Shown here: one piece after another, positions 1 to 9,284 of the stretch
How the letters are laid out: each line of letters starts with the position of its first letter
Position numbering within the stretch: the first letter of the stretch is position 1
DNA from: Egibacter sp.
GTDB taxonomy: Bacteria; Actinomycetota; Nitriliruptoria; Euzebyales; Egibacteraceae
Reading direction: 5' to 3'
Length of the DNA: 24,000 nucleotides
Assembly (NCBI GenBank): GCA_003553795.1
Contig: PWFH01000026.1
Span: 84,711-108,710, forward strand
Made by a program: the position numbers and the translations under genes
The notes under the pieces: generated by a model
Databases searched by the model: none
Seen by the model: the letters and a program-made list of their open reading frames with translations, nothing else
What the model was told of the DNA's origin: nothing

Positions 1-1
1 C

Positions 2-61
2 GCCAAGGCCGCTGCTGGCAAGGACGCCGCGCCCAAGAGCGGCGGGTCCAAGAAGGCGTGA
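2..61 (+). CDS. recA: C-terminal end of a gene running off the left window edge; probably recA
   Basis: The frame is open from the edge to TGA at 59-61 (...AKAAAGKDAAPKSGGSKKA*). The stop overlaps the recX GTG (GTGA). Identity rests only on the conserved recA-recX arrangement; 19 codons are too few for a motif call. Confidence 0.4.
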   Translation, partial: AKAAAGKDAAPKSGGSKKA

Positions 62-561
62 GCGCGGAGGACGTGGCCGCCGACCGCGACGTCGAGGCGG
101 CCGTGGCCTTCCTCCTGCGCTCGACGCGGGCGCGGCCACAGACCGAGGCGGAGCTCCGCGCGAAGCTGCTCGAGCGGGGCTGGGACCCCGAGGCCGCCGC
201 CGCAGCGCTCGCGCGCGGTCGGGAGCTCGGCGCGCTCGACGACGGCGCCTTCGCCCGGGCGTGGGTGGAGGACCGTGGCCTCGGCCGCGGCTACGGGGCC
301 AGCCGGCTGCGCCGCGAGCTCGCGCGGCGGCAGGTCCCCGACGGCCTCATCGACGCGGCGATGGTCGCCGTCGAGGAGCGCGACGAGGAGGCGGTCGCGC
401 TCGAGCTCGCGACGGAGCGCGCCGCCCGTCTGCCCGCTGACCTCGACCCCGAGCGGGTCGCCGCCCGGCTCGTCGGCTTCCTCGCCCGCCGCGGCTACCC
501 CGAGGGCCTCGCTCGACGCGTAGCGCTGCGGGCCTCCGGCCTCGACCGCCGCTGGGACTGA
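58..561 (+). CDS. recX: Recombination regulator RecX
   Basis: 167-aa ORF with RecX-like helical-repeat sequence (ELRAKLLERGWDPEAAAAAL...DDGAFARAWVEDR...YGASRLRRELARRQVP...RLVGFLARRGYPEGLA). It has a 4-nt overlap with the upstream gene and very high GC3. Confidence 0.85.
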   Translation: MSAEDVAADRDVEAAVAFLLRSTRARPQTEAELRAKLLERGWDPEAAAAALARGRELGALDDGAFARAWVEDRGLGRGYGASRLRRELARRQVPDGLIDAAMVAVEERDEEAVALELATERAARLPADLDPERVAARLVGFLARRGYPEGLARRVALRASGLDRRWD

Positions 562-706
562 CGGGCGGCGACGGCGGGCCGGTCGCCAGCGCCGACGCCG
601 CCGCACCTCGTCTACGCTGCCGAGCGACGCCCCGGGCGGCGACCGAGTCTCGCTCGCGACCTCGGCACCGGCGCCCACGGCGCGCCGAGGGAAGGAGGCT
701 GGCGCG

Positions 707-1000
707 GTGACCGTCGCTCAAGGATGGATCCTCGCGGCCATCCCCGCGCTCGCGATCGCGGTGATCGCGCTCATCGGCCGAGGGTGGTGGCGCGCCCTCA
801 TCGGCTACGGCGCCCTGCTCGCCGCCTTCGGTGTGCTCGTCACCGTCGACCGCGCCTCCGCCGCGCTCTTCGCGGTCCTCATCGCCCTCGTCTACGCCAG
901 CGGCCGTGGCGGCCGCCAGGAGAGCGAGCCCTTCGACGGCACCGCGGGCAGCCGCGCGCTGCAGCGCGCGGGCGATCCCGGCCTCCTATCGCGACAGTAG
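707..1000 (+). CDS. Small integral membrane protein, function unknown (97 aa)
   Basis: GTG start 8 nt after a strong SD (GAAGGAGG, 691-698). There are hydrophobic helices (WILAAIPALAIAVIALIG, LIGYGALLAAFGVLVTV, ALFAVLIALVYA) and GC3 is very high throughout. Confidence 0.6.
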   Translation: MTVAQGWILAAIPALAIAVIALIGRGWWRALIGYGALLAAFGVLVTVDRASAALFAVLIALVYASGRGGRQESEPFDGTAGSRALQRAGDPGLLSRQ

Positions 1001-1011
1001 GTCACCAAACG

Positions 1012-1041
1012 TTGACGGTCGGCCCAAGTCCGACCTATGCT
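1012..1041 (+). promoter_or_regulatory. Candidate sigma-70-type promoter for rny
   Basis: TTGACG (1012-1017), an 18-nt spacer, then TATGCT (1036-1041), about 135 nt upstream of the rny ATG. The spacer contains the inverted repeat GGTCGG...CCGACC. Sequence pattern only. Confidence 0.4.
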
Positions 1042-1175
1042 CCGCTGACCAGCGCGTTTGCCGGGAGTGTGGCTCGCCGCCGACTCGGGTGGCAGCGCTG
1101 GTGGGACCGCCGGGAGGCGGTCGGGCGCGGCGGCCTCGAGCCGCCGCGAGGCCTGCCTGAGGGAACGGAGCGCGC

Positions 1176-2594
1176 ATGGGGGCGACGGCGATCGCGATCG
1201 GGGTCGCGCTCGTCGGCCTGGCTGCGCTCGCCCTGTTCGGAGCCCTCGCCCAGCGCCGACTGCGCGTCCGCGGACGCGACCAGGCCCACCGTCGCCGAGA
1301 GCTCGACGCGCGTGAGGAGCGCCTCGAGATCCGCGAGTCGACGCTCGAGACGAAGGCGCACACCCTCGAGTTGCGCGAGGGCCACCTCATCGACCGCGAG
1401 CGCCGCCTCGACGCGCAGCAGGCCGACCTCGACGACGCGCGCATCGTCGTGCGCAAGCGCCTCGAGGAGATCGCCGACTACACCGTCGACGAGGCCCGGC
1501 GCACGCTCATGCGGGAGGTCGAGGCCGACGCGCGCGCCGACGCCCGTGACCTCGTCCGCGAGGTCGAGGAGCGCGCGCGGGCCGAGTCGACGCGCCGCTC
1601 GCACGACATCGTCGCCACGGCCATCCAGCGTGTGGCGGCCTCGGCGACCCACGCGACGGTGACCTCGACGATCGAGCTCCCCGACGCCGAGCTCAAGGGC
1701 CGGATCATCGGTCGGGAGGGTCGCAACATCCGCGCGTTCGAGCACCTCACCGGCGTGGACCTGCTCGTCGACGAGAGTCCCGGCGTCGTCGTGCTCTCGA
1801 GCTTCGATCCGGTGCGGCGCGAGACGGCACGCCGGGCGCTCGTCGCGTTGCTCGAGGACGGGCGGATCCACCCCTCGAGCATCGAGGCAGCCCACCAGCG
1901 CGCCAGGGCCGAGGTCGACGAGGCGATCGTCGAGGCCGGTGACGAGGCGGCGGTCGAGGCTGGGGTCGACGACCTCGCGCCGGAGCTGCGCCGCCTGCTC
2001 GGCCAGCTCGAGTTCCGCACGTCCTATGGACAGAACGTCCGCGCGCACGCGGTCGAGACCGCGCTGCTCGCCGGGGCGATGGCCGAGGAGCTCGGCGTCG
2101 ACGCCGCCCTCGCACGTCGCTGCGGGCTGCTGCACGACATCGGCAAGGCCCTCACCCACCGCGTCGCGGGCAGCCACGCGGCGATCGGCGCGGAGGTCGC
2201 GCGCCGGCTCGGCGAGTCCGAGCCGGTGGTGCACGCCATCGCCGCGCACCACGACGAGGTCCCGCCGGAGACCGTCGAGGCCGTGCTCACGCAGGCCGCC
2301 GACGCGGTCTCGGCGAGCCGTCCCGGTGCCCGGCGCAACAACGTCGAGGCGCACTGCCAGCGGCTGCAGCGCATCGAGGAGCTCGTCGGCGCCTTCGACG
2401 GCGTCAGCCAGGTGCATGCGATGCAGGCGGGTCGCGAGGTGCGCGTCATGGTCAGCCCCGAGGCCGTCGACGACGTCGAGGCGCGCCGTCTCGCCCGCGA
2501 GATCGCCCGACGCCTCGAATCCGAGCTCGCCTACCCCGGGCAGATCGCCGTGACGGTGATCCGTGAGGTCCGCGCCCGGGGGCTCGCCTCCTGA
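1176..2594 (+). CDS. rny: Ribonuclease Y (membrane-anchored KH/HD endoribonuclease)
   Basis: N-terminal TM helix (GATAIAIGVALVGLAALALFGAL) and a coiled-coil Arg/Glu-rich region. KH motif GRIIGREGRNIRAFEHLTGVDLLVD and HD motif LLHDIGKA...HAAIGAE...IAAHH are present. Position after recA/recX is as in many Gram-positives. Confidence 0.9.
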   Translation: MGATAIAIGVALVGLAALALFGALAQRRLRVRGRDQAHRRRELDAREERLEIRESTLETKAHTLELREGHLIDRERRLDAQQADLDDARIVVRKRLEEIADYTVDEARRTLMREVEADARADARDLVREVEERARAESTRRSHDIVATAIQRVAASATHATVTSTIELPDAELKGRIIGREGRNIRAFEHLTGVDLLVDESPGVVVLSSFDPVRRETARRALVALLEDGRIHPSSIEAAHQRARAEVDEAIVEAGDEAAVEAGVDDLAPELRRLLGQLEFRTSYGQNVRAHAVETALLAGAMAEELGVDAALARRCGLLHDIGKALTHRVAGSHAAIGAEVARRLGESEPVVHAIAAHHDEVPPETVEAVLTQAADAVSASRPGARRNNVEAHCQRLQRIEELVGAFDGVSQVHAMQAGREVRVMVSPEAVDDVEARRLAREIARRLESELAYPGQIAVTVIREVRARGLAS

Positions 2595-2627
2595 CGGACG
2601 CGTGGGCCGCCGCGAGGGTGTGGGCGC

Positions 2628-3113
2628 TCAGCCTCTGCCACCGGTGAAGGCGTCGACGCCGGCCACGCTCAGCCCGACGATCGCCACGGTCCACGCCGCG
2701 AGGCTCGCGGAGGTCCACAGCAGCGCACGACGGGGGCTGCCACCCGAGGCGAGCATGATGACGACCGCGAGGTGCACCCCGGTCACGAGTGGTCCGAGCA
2801 GCGCCAGCCCCGGCACGCCGTAGCGCGCGAGCACGCGCTGGCCGCGCGAGCCCCGGCCCCCGGCCGCGCCGAGGGGGCGCCCCCGCCGGCTTCGCGACCA
2901 CCGGTCGAGGCGCTCGTAGCCCGCGACAATGGCCACGACCGGCAGCACGTTGCCGAGGAGGGCGACGACGCCGACGAGCGCAGGGTCGAGCCCCAGCGCG
3001 ATCGCTGGGGGGATGACGAAGAGGATCTCGAGCCATGGGAGCGCCGCGCCGAGCGCGACGGCGAGGTAGCCCCATGCCCCGGCCTGCGCCCAGGAGGCGA
3101 GCACGTCGAGCAT
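2628..3113 (-). CDS. Small polytopic membrane protein resembling the putative small multidrug export protein family (COG2426-like)
   Basis: 161 aa with about 4 TM helices. The pattern ALPWLEILFVIPPAIALGLDPALVGVVALLGNVLPV matches my recollection of that family (PW.E....IP.GIALGL.P......GN). ATG at 3113, divergent from miaB. Confidence 0.55.
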   Translation of the reverse strand: MLDVLASWAQAGAWGYLAVALGAALPWLEILFVIPPAIALGLDPALVGVVALLGNVLPVVAIVAGYERLDRWSRSRRGRPLGAAGGRGSRGQRVLARYGVPGLALLGPLVTGVHLAVVIMLASGGSPRRALLWTSASLAAWTVAIVGLSVAGVDAFTGGRG

Positions 3114-3171
3114 GCGCCGAGCCTAGCGACAGCCCCCTGGGCGGCGCCCCCGGCGGCGCGCCCGGCGATGG

Positions 3172-4599
3172 GTGACCGCTACCCTGTCGCGCATGGCTGC
3201 GACGTACTTCATCCGCACGTTCGGGTGCCAGATGAACGCCCACGACTCCGAGCGTGCCGCCGGCGTGCTCGAGACGATGGGCTACCGTCCGGCGGCCGAC
3301 CTCGACAGCGCCGACCTCGTGCTCTTCAACACCTGCGCGATCCGCGAGAACGCCGACAACAAGCTCTACGGCCAGCTCAGCGCGCTCAAGCCCCTCAAGG
3401 TCGCTGACCCCGACAAGACCGTCGTCGTCGGCGGCTGTCTCGCGCAGAAGGACCAGCACGCCCTCGCCGCGGCCGCGCCCTGGGTCGACGTCGTCTACGG
3501 CACCCACAACATGGGACGCCTGCCCGAGCTGCTCGCCGAGGCCGACTCCGCGTCGCTGCCGGTCGTGGAGATCCTCGAGCACACCGAGATGTTCCCCTCG
3601 GCGCTGCCCGCGCGTCGCGACGTCGCCCACCATGCCTGGGTGTCGATCTCGATCGGCTGCGACAACAGCTGCACGTTCTGCATCGTGCCGGCCCTGCGCG
3701 GCCCCGAGAAGTCCCGCAAGCTCGGCGACATCCTCGCCGAGGTCCGCGCGCTCGTCGCCGACGGCGTGCGCGAGGTCAGCCTCCTCGGGCAGAACGTCAA
3801 CTCCTACGGACGGGATCTGCTGCGCCACGGTCTCGCGCCGGCGGGCACGGCGCGAAACCGCACGATGTTCGCCGAGCTCCTCCACGCCCTCGGGGAAGTC
3901 GACGGCCTCGAGCGGATCCGCTTCACGAGCCCGCACCCCAAGGACATCACGAGCGACGTCTTCGCGGCGATGCGCGACGTCCCCGCGGTCTGCGAGCACC
4001 TGCACCTGCCGCTGCAGTCCGGCTCGGACCGGGTGCTGCAGGCGATGCGGCGCAGCTACCGCTCACGGCGCTTCCTCGACCTCGTCGCCGAGGCGCGTGA
4101 GACGGTCCCCGGCCTGGCGATCTCCACCGACCTCATCGTCGGCTTCCCCGGCGAGACCGAGGAGGACTTCGCCGACACCCTGCGCGTCGCCGAGGCCGCC
4201 GCCTTCGACGCCGCCTTCACCTTCGAGTACTCCCCGCGGCCGGGCACCCCCGCGGCGGCGATGGCCGACCAGCTGCCGGCGGAGGTCGTGAGCGAGCGCT
4301 ACCAGCGGCTCGCGGCGCTCACGCGCGACCTCGCCTTCCGCGGCAACGCCCGACAGGTCGGCACCGTCGACGAGCTCCTCCTCGAGGGCCCGAGCAAGAC
4401 CGACCCGGCGCGCCTGTCGGGGCGCACGCGGAGCAACCGCCTCGTCCACGTCCCCGCCGAGGAGGGCCTCGCCGCCGGCGACCTCGTCGCCGCCCGCCTC
4501 GAGGAGGCTGCGAGCCACTACCTCCTCGGCACCGTGACGGCCGCCCCGGCCTCGACCCCGGTCGGCGCGCCGGCGCCCTCGGAGGGCGCGTCATGCTGA
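3172..4599 (+). CDS. miaB: tRNA (i6A37) methylthiotransferase MiaB, radical SAM
   Basis: N-terminal MTTase cysteines (FGCQMN, NTCAIRE, GGCLAQ), radical-SAM CDNSCTFC, and a C-terminal TRAM-like region. The start could instead be ATG 3193; neither has a clear SD. Confidence 0.9.
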   Translation: MTATLSRMAATYFIRTFGCQMNAHDSERAAGVLETMGYRPAADLDSADLVLFNTCAIRENADNKLYGQLSALKPLKVADPDKTVVVGGCLAQKDQHALAAAAPWVDVVYGTHNMGRLPELLAEADSASLPVVEILEHTEMFPSALPARRDVAHHAWVSISIGCDNSCTFCIVPALRGPEKSRKLGDILAEVRALVADGVREVSLLGQNVNSYGRDLLRHGLAPAGTARNRTMFAELLHALGEVDGLERIRFTSPHPKDITSDVFAAMRDVPAVCEHLHLPLQSGSDRVLQAMRRSYRSRRFLDLVAEARETVPGLAISTDLIVGFPGETEEDFADTLRVAEAAAFDAAFTFEYSPRPGTPAAAMADQLPAEVVSERYQRLAALTRDLAFRGNARQVGTVDELLLEGPSKTDPARLSGRTRSNRLVHVPAEEGLAAGDLVAARLEEAASHYLLGTVTAAPASTPVGAPAPSEGASC

Positions 4600-5369
4600 G
4601 CGGCGTCGCGCTCGTGCCGGCGGCGCCGGTGCTGCTCGCCGACCTCGCGCCCTCGGTGCCCGAGGAGGTCGCGCAGCTGCGCCGCGCCGCCGAGGGGGCC
4701 GTCGCAGACCTGTCTGGGGCGCCGCTCGCGCTGCTGCTCGCCGCGGGGCAGCGCCCGGCGCTGTGGGGCGGGATCGACGCCGACCTCGCCGGACTCGGGC
4801 GACCCGACCTCGCCGTCGCGCGCCCTGCGGCCGACCAGGCGCCGGCGCTCGCCGCGGCCCTCGATCTGCCCGTCGTCGATGACCGCCTGCCCCTCGACCT
4901 CGCCCTGCTCGCGTGGCGCACCGCGCCCACGACGCCGGTCATCGGGGTGACCGTGCCGGCGGAGGCGCCGGGCACGTCGCTCGCCGACCTCGGCCGGCGC
5001 CTCGCCGGGGCGCTGGCCGGCGGCGACGCCGTCGTCCTCGCCGCCGCGGACGGCTCGGCGGGGCTGTCGACGAAGGCCCCGCGCCACCTCGTCGAGGGCG
5101 CCGGGGCCTGGCAGGGCGCCTACGTCGCCGCGCTGTCGGCGTCCGACACCGCCGGGCTCGCGGCCCTCGGCCCGGCCGAGGCCGCGCGCGTGGCGAGCCG
5201 CGGGTGGGCGAGCGCGCTCGCTGCGGTGGCGGCCGCGAGCGCTGCCGGGCTCGAGGTCGACGTCGCCGCCGACGGCGCGCCCCGCGGGGTCGGCTACGTC
5301 GTCGCCGCAGGCCGGCCCGCCTCCACCGGGGCGGGCGCGGCGCGTGGAGCACGGCCCGAGGGGGCATGA
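4593..5369 (+). CDS. Ala/Leu-rich conserved hypothetical protein between miaB and miaA
   Basis: 258-aa ORF. SD GGAGGG (4581-4586) lies 6 nt before the ATG. The start overlaps the miaB stop (ATGCTGA) and the stop overlaps the miaA start (ATGA). GC3 is high and I recognise no catalytic motif. It is positionally equivalent to Ala-rich hypotheticals in the miaB-miaA interval of other actinobacteria (from memory, the Rv2728c region of M. tuberculosis). Confidence 0.6.
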   Translation: MLSGVALVPAAPVLLADLAPSVPEEVAQLRRAAEGAVADLSGAPLALLLAAGQRPALWGGIDADLAGLGRPDLAVARPAADQAPALAAALDLPVVDDRLPLDLALLAWRTAPTTPVIGVTVPAEAPGTSLADLGRRLAGALAGGDAVVLAAADGSAGLSTKAPRHLVEGAGAWQGAYVAALSASDTAGLAALGPAEAARVASRGWASALAAVAAASAAGLEVDVAADGAPRGVGYVVAAGRPASTGAGAARGARPEGA

Positions 5370-6277
5370 CCGCGCGGGTGCTCGCCCTCGTCGGCCCGAC
5401 CGCGGCCGGCAAGTCGACGATCGCCCTCGAGGCCGCTGAGCGGCTCGGCGCCGAGCTCGTCGCGGTCGACGCCTTCACCGTCTACCGGGGCATGGACGTC
5501 GGCACCGCCAAGCCCGACGCCGGTGCGCGCACCCGCGTGCCCCACCACGGCCTCGACCTCCTCGAGCCCGAGCAGGAGTGCTCGGTGGAGTGGTTCCAGC
5601 GTCGGGCGCGCGCGGCGATCGACGACGTCCTCGCCCGCGGGCGCCTGCCGCTGCTCGTCGGCGGCTCGGGCCTGTACTTCCGCGCCGTCGTCGACGACCT
5701 CGCCTTTCCGCCGACCGACGCCGCGGTGCGCGACCGGCTTCTCGAGACCCACCGCGGCGATCCGGGCGCCGCGCACGCTGAGCTCGCCCGCGTCGATGCC
5801 GCGGCGGCTGCGCGCATCGACCCGGAGAACCTCCGCCGGACGGTGCGCGCGCTCGAGGTGCTCGAGCTCACCGGTCAGCCGTTCTCGGCGTGGCGCACCG
5901 CGTGGGAGGCCCACGAGGCGGTCTACCCCGGCCTCGTCGTCGTCGGCGTCGAGCGTGACCGCCGCGACCTCGCGGGGCGCATCGCTACCCGGGTCGAGGC
6001 GATGCACGCCGACGGGCTGCTCGACGAGGCGCGCGCGCTCGCTGGGCGCGACCTCTCCCGCACCGCCCGGCAGGCGATCGGCTACGCCGAGGCCTTCGCC
6101 CACCTCGCGGGCGAGCTCACCCTCGAGGAGGCCCTCGACCGGATCGCCGCGCGCACCCGGCGCTTCGCCGCGCGCCAGCAGCGCTGGTTCGCCGCCGACC
6201 CCCGGGTAGCATGGCATGGTGCCCGCAGCGCCGCCGACGCGCTGCGCCGAGCCGGGCAGGAGGGACGACCCGCCTGA
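5366..6277 (+). CDS. miaA: tRNA dimethylallyltransferase MiaA
   Basis: P-loop LVGPTAAGKST, then VDAFTVYRGMDVGTAKP, LLVGGSGLYFRAVVDDL and RRTVRALEV. The track ORF 4913-6277 is trimmed to the in-frame ATG at 5366, which forms ATGA with the upstream stop. Confidence 0.9.
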   Translation: MTARVLALVGPTAAGKSTIALEAAERLGAELVAVDAFTVYRGMDVGTAKPDAGARTRVPHHGLDLLEPEQECSVEWFQRRARAAIDDVLARGRLPLLVGGSGLYFRAVVDDLAFPPTDAAVRDRLLETHRGDPGAAHAELARVDAAAAARIDPENLRRTVRALEVLELTGQPFSAWRTAWEAHEAVYPGLVVVGVERDRRDLAGRIATRVEAMHADGLLDEARALAGRDLSRTARQAIGYAEAFAHLAGELTLEEALDRIAARTRRFAARQQRWFAADPRVAWHGARSAADALRRAGQEGRPA

Positions 6278-7110
6278 TGGAGTTCACGAAGGTCCACGGC
6301 ACCGGCAACGACTTCGTCCTGCTGCCCGACCCCGACGACGCCCTGACGCTGACGCCCGGCCTCGTGCGGGCGCTGTGTGACCGCCACCACGGCCTCGGCG
6401 CCGACGGGGTGATCCGTCTCGCCCCCGCGCGCGAGGGGGTGGCCGGCGACGTCTTCATGGACTACCGCAACGCCGACGGCTCGCTCGCCGAGATGTGCGG
6501 AAACGGGGTGCGCTGCGTCGCGAAGTACGTTGCCGACCGTGGCCACGTCAGCGAGCGGGTGCGCGTCGACACCCGAGCCGGCGTCAAGGAGGTCGAGGTC
6601 ACCCTCTGGCACGAGGATGGCACCGCCGCGGAGCTGCGCGTCGACATGGGCGCGCCCGTCGGCATCGGCTCCGAGCGCATCGAGCTCAACGGGGCGGGCG
6701 ACATCGAGCTCACGACGCTGTCGATGGGCAACCCCCACGCGGTCATCGTCATGGGCGACCCGACCGCGGCGCCGCTCGCGGCATGGGCGGAGGCGATCAA
6801 CGCCGATCCGCGCTTCGCCGACGGGGTCAACGTCGAGGCCATCGGCGTGCCGCGGCTCGATCGCATCGAGGGCCGGATCCACGAGCGCGGCGTCGGGGAG
6901 ACCCTCGCGTCGGGCAGCGGCGCCGCAGCGATGGCCGTCGCCGCCCACGTCCGGGGCCTGGCCACCCGCGAGGTCACCGTCGCCCTGCCGGGCGGCATGC
7001 TCGACATCGTCTGGGGGGACGCGGCGCTCACCGTGACCGGGCCCGCCGTCGAGGTCGCCCACGGCGTCCTCGACGCCGCCTGGCTGCAGGCCGTGGAGGC
7101 GCCTTCGTGA
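6277..7110 (+). CDS. dapF: Diaminopimelate epimerase DapF (second catalytic Cys position reads Ser)
   Basis: [34 protein letters not shown] (first catalytic Cys), MGNPHAV, and [16 protein letters not shown] (Ser at codon 212, tcg 6910-6912, where ACGSGA/SCGTG is expected). The ATG at 6277 overlaps the miaA stop (TGATG). Confidence 0.85.
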   Translation: MEFTKVHGTGNDFVLLPDPDDALTLTPGLVRALCDRHHGLGADGVIRLAPAREGVAGDVFMDYRNADGSLAEMCGNGVRCVAKYVADRGHVSERVRVDTRAGVKEVEVTLWHEDGTAAELRVDMGAPVGIGSERIELNGAGDIELTTLSMGNPHAVIVMGDPTAAPLAAWAEAINADPRFADGVNVEAIGVPRLDRIEGRIHERGVGETLASGSGAAAMAVAAHVRGLATREVTVALPGGMLDIVWGDAALTVTGPAVEVAHGVLDAAWLQAVEAPS

Positions 7111-8516
7111 CCGACGCGCGTGAGCAGGACGAGACCTCGCTCGAGCTCTCGCGCGCCGCACGGCGTCGCGCCGCGGCGCAGCGCATCCGCGACGACGCGC
7201 CGCAGGAGGGCGTGGCGATCTTCCGCCCGGTCGAGCAGGCCGTGCTCGTCGCGATCGCGCCGCCCGAGCGCACGCGCGCGCAGGTCGAGGCCGGCCTCGA
7301 CGAGCTCGAGCTCCTCCTCGACACCGCAGGTGGCTCGACGGTCGGGCGCGTCGTCCAGCGTCGTCACCGCCCCGACGTCGCGACGTTCATCGGGCGCGGC
7401 AAGATCGACGAGCTCGCTGACCTCTGCGCCGAGCTCGGCGCCGACGCGGCGATCTTCGACGACGAGCTCACCCCCGCGCAGCAGCGCAACCTCGAGGAGC
7501 GCCTCGGGGTCAAGGTCCTCGACCGCACGATCGTCATCCTCGACATCTTCGCCCAGCACGCCTCCTCCCGGGAGGGCAAGGCCCAGGTCGAGCTCGCCCA
7601 GCTGTCCTACCTGCTGCCGCGGCTGCGCGGCTGGGGCGAGGCGCTGTCGCGGCTCGGCGGCGGCATCGGCACCCGCGGGCCGGGGGAGTCCCAGCTCGAG
7701 GTCGACCGGCGCAAGCTCAACCGCCGCATCGCAAAGCTGCGCCGTGACCTCGAGGAGTTCGCGCGGACCCGCCGCCGCAAGAGCGCCGCGCGCTTCCGCC
7801 GCGCGGTGCCCACCGTCGCGCTCGTCGGCTACACCAACGCCGGCAAGTCGACCCTGCTCAACGCCCTCGCCGACGCCGACCTCCACGTCGCCGACCAGCT
7901 CTTCGCCACGCTCGACACGACCGCGCGCAAGGTGCCCCTGCCCGATGCGCGCACGATCGTGGCGACCGACACCGTCGGCTTCGTGCAGAAGCTGCCCACC
8001 GACCTCGTCGAGGCCTTCAAGTCCACGCTCGAGGAGACCACCGAGGCCGACCTCCTCCTCCATGTCGTCGATGCCGCGCACGACGACGTCGACGCGCAGA
8101 TCACCGCCGTCGAGGGTGTCCTCGCCGAGATCGGCGCCGACGCGGTGCCCTCGGTGCTCGTCCTCAACAAGGCCGACGTCGCCGACGACGAGGCGGTCGC
8201 GGCGCTGCGGCGCCGACACCCCGACGCCGTCGTCGTCTCGGCGCGCTCCGGCGAGGGCGTCGAGGCCTTACGGGCGAGGATCAGCAAGCGCGTTCCCGCA
8301 GCGCGTCGCCGGGTCGAGGTCGTCGTGCCGTATGAGCGTGGGGACCTCGTCGCCGCGGCGCACGACGACGGCGAGATCCACGTCGAGGAGCACCGTGCCG
8401 ACGGCACGCGCCTCGTCGCCGACGTGGGCCTCGAGGCCGGTCGCGCCCTCGCCCCCTACGCCGTCGCCGGTGACCCGTGGGTCGACGGCGACGAGGCTGG
8501 GGCGCAGGAGCCCTAG
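7107..8516 (+). CDS. hflX: GTPase HflX
   Basis: HflX N-domain ([10 protein letters not shown]...[17 protein letters not shown]...[16 protein letters not shown]), then G1 [10 protein letters not shown]3 DTVGF and G4 NKAD. The GTG at 7107 overlaps the dapF stop (GTGA). The track ORF 6495-8516 is trimmed accordingly. Confidence 0.9.
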   Translation: MTDAREQDETSLELSRAARRRAAAQRIRDDAPQEGVAIFRPVEQAVLVAIAPPERTRAQVEAGLDELELLLDTAGGSTVGRVVQRRHRPDVATFIGRGKIDELADLCAELGADAAIFDDELTPAQQRNLEERLGVKVLDRTIVILDIFAQHASSREGKAQVELAQLSYLLPRLRGWGEALSRLGGGIGTRGPGESQLEVDRRKLNRRIAKLRRDLEEFARTRRRKSAARFRRAVPTVALVGYTNAGKSTLLNALADADLHVADQLFATLDTTARKVPLPDARTIVATDTVGFVQKLPTDLVEAFKSTLEETTEADLLLHVVDAAHDDVDAQITAVEGVLAEIGADAVPSVLVLNKADVADDEAVAALRRRHPDAVVVSARSGEGVEALRARISKRVPAARRRVEVVVPYERGDLVAAAHDDGEIHVEEHRADGTRLVADVGLEAGRALAPYAVAGDPWVDGDEAGAQEP

Positions 8517-9157
8517 AGGCTGCGCAGCACCGCGGTGACGCGGCCGAGGACCGCCGCCTCGCTCGCGGCGGGCACGGGGATCGGCTCGTAGGCCGGGTTC
8601 GCGGGGTCGAGGAAGACCTCGCCACCCGGCGTGCGGCGGAAGAACTTCACCGTCGCCTCACCATCGATGAGCGCCGCGCACATCTCGCCCTGCTCGACGT
8701 TGGCCTGCTGGCGGACGACGACGAGGTCGCCGTCGAAGACCCCGGCCTCGAGCATCGAGTCGCCGCGGACGGTGAGCATGAACAGCGAGCCCTCGCCGAC
8801 GAGGTCCCGGGGCAGGGGATAGCGCGCGAGGGCCTGCTCGTCGGCGATGACCGGCGCGCCCGCAGCGATGTCACCGAGGAGGGGGACCTCCCGCAGGCCC
8901 GGTGGCAGCGTCGATGTCGGCCGCTCCTGGCCCTCGGGGACGATGACCTCGATCGCCCGCGGCAGGGTCGGATCGCGCCGCAGGTAGCCACGGTCCTGCA
9001 GCGTCGCGAGCTGGTAGTGCACGCTCGACGTCGACTTGAGGCCGACGGCGTCGCCGATCTCGCGCACGCTCGGCGGGAAGCCGCGCGCGCGCACCGCGTC
9101 GCGGATGAAGGTGAGGATCTGCAGCTGACGCTCGGTGAGCGGCTCTTCGGCGGCCAT
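8513..9157 (-). CDS. lexA: SOS repressor LexA
   Basis: wHTH region ([44 protein letters not shown]), Ala-Gly cleavage site (IAAGAPV), and the catalytic Ser/Lys pair (VRGDSM ... ATVKFF). SD GAGGAG lies upstream of the ATG. Confidence 0.95.
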   Translation of the reverse strand: MAAEEPLTERQLQILTFIRDAVRARGFPPSVREIGDAVGLKSTSSVHYQLATLQDRGYLRRDPTLPRAIEVIVPEGQERPTSTLPPGLREVPLLGDIAAGAPVIADEQALARYPLPRDLVGEGSLFMLTVRGDSMLEAGVFDGDLVVVRQQANVEQGEMCAALIDGEATVKFFRRTPGGEVFLDPANPAYEPIPVPAASEAAVLGRVTAVLRSL

Positions 9158-9186
9158 GAGGACTCCTCATCGACGGTGCTGTCGGC

Positions 9187-9215
9187 ACCGTAGCCGATCG
9201 GGCACGATCTGACAA
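9187..9215 (-). promoter_or_regulatory. Candidate lexA promoter (autoregulated)
   Basis: On the minus strand: TTGTCA (9215-9210), a 17-nt spacer, then TACGGT (9192-9187), about 30 nt upstream of the lexA ATG. The -35 overlaps SOS box 1. Confidence 0.5.
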
Positions 9216-9227
9216 ACATTTGTTCGA
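9212..9227. promoter_or_regulatory. SOS box 1 (LexA operator)
   Basis: ACAAACATTTGTTCGA matches 10 of 12 specified positions of the actinobacterial consensus TCGAAC-N4-GTTCGA. Confidence 0.65.
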
Positions 9228-9235
9228 CGAATCCG

Positions 9236-9264
9236 TTGACATCGAACAGCGGTTCGACCATCAT
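9236..9264 (+). promoter_or_regulatory. Candidate SOS-repressed promoter of the LysM gene
   Basis: Perfect -35 TTGACA (9236-9241), a 17-nt spacer almost fully occupied by SOS box 2 (box = 16 of its 17 nt), then -10 CATCAT (9259-9264). It lies 90 nt upstream of the ATG at 9354. Confidence 0.6.
9242..9257. promoter_or_regulatory. SOS box 2 (LexA operator, perfect consensus)
   Basis: TCGAACAGCGGTTCGA matches TCGAAC-N4-GTTCGA at 12 of 12 positions. Confidence 0.85.
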
Positions 9265-9268
9265 GGGG

Positions 9269-9284
9269 ACGAACAGCCGTTCGG
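9269..9284. promoter_or_regulatory. SOS box 3 (LexA operator)
   Basis: ACGAACAGCCGTTCGG matches the consensus at 10 of 12 positions, just downstream of the candidate -10 of the LysM-gene promoter. Confidence 0.65.

Noticed and set aside
567-587. GGCGAC...GTCGCC hairpin after recX as a terminator
   Set aside because: The stem is 6 bp with a 9-nt loop and no U-tract, which is indistinguishable from background GC-rich self-complementarity.
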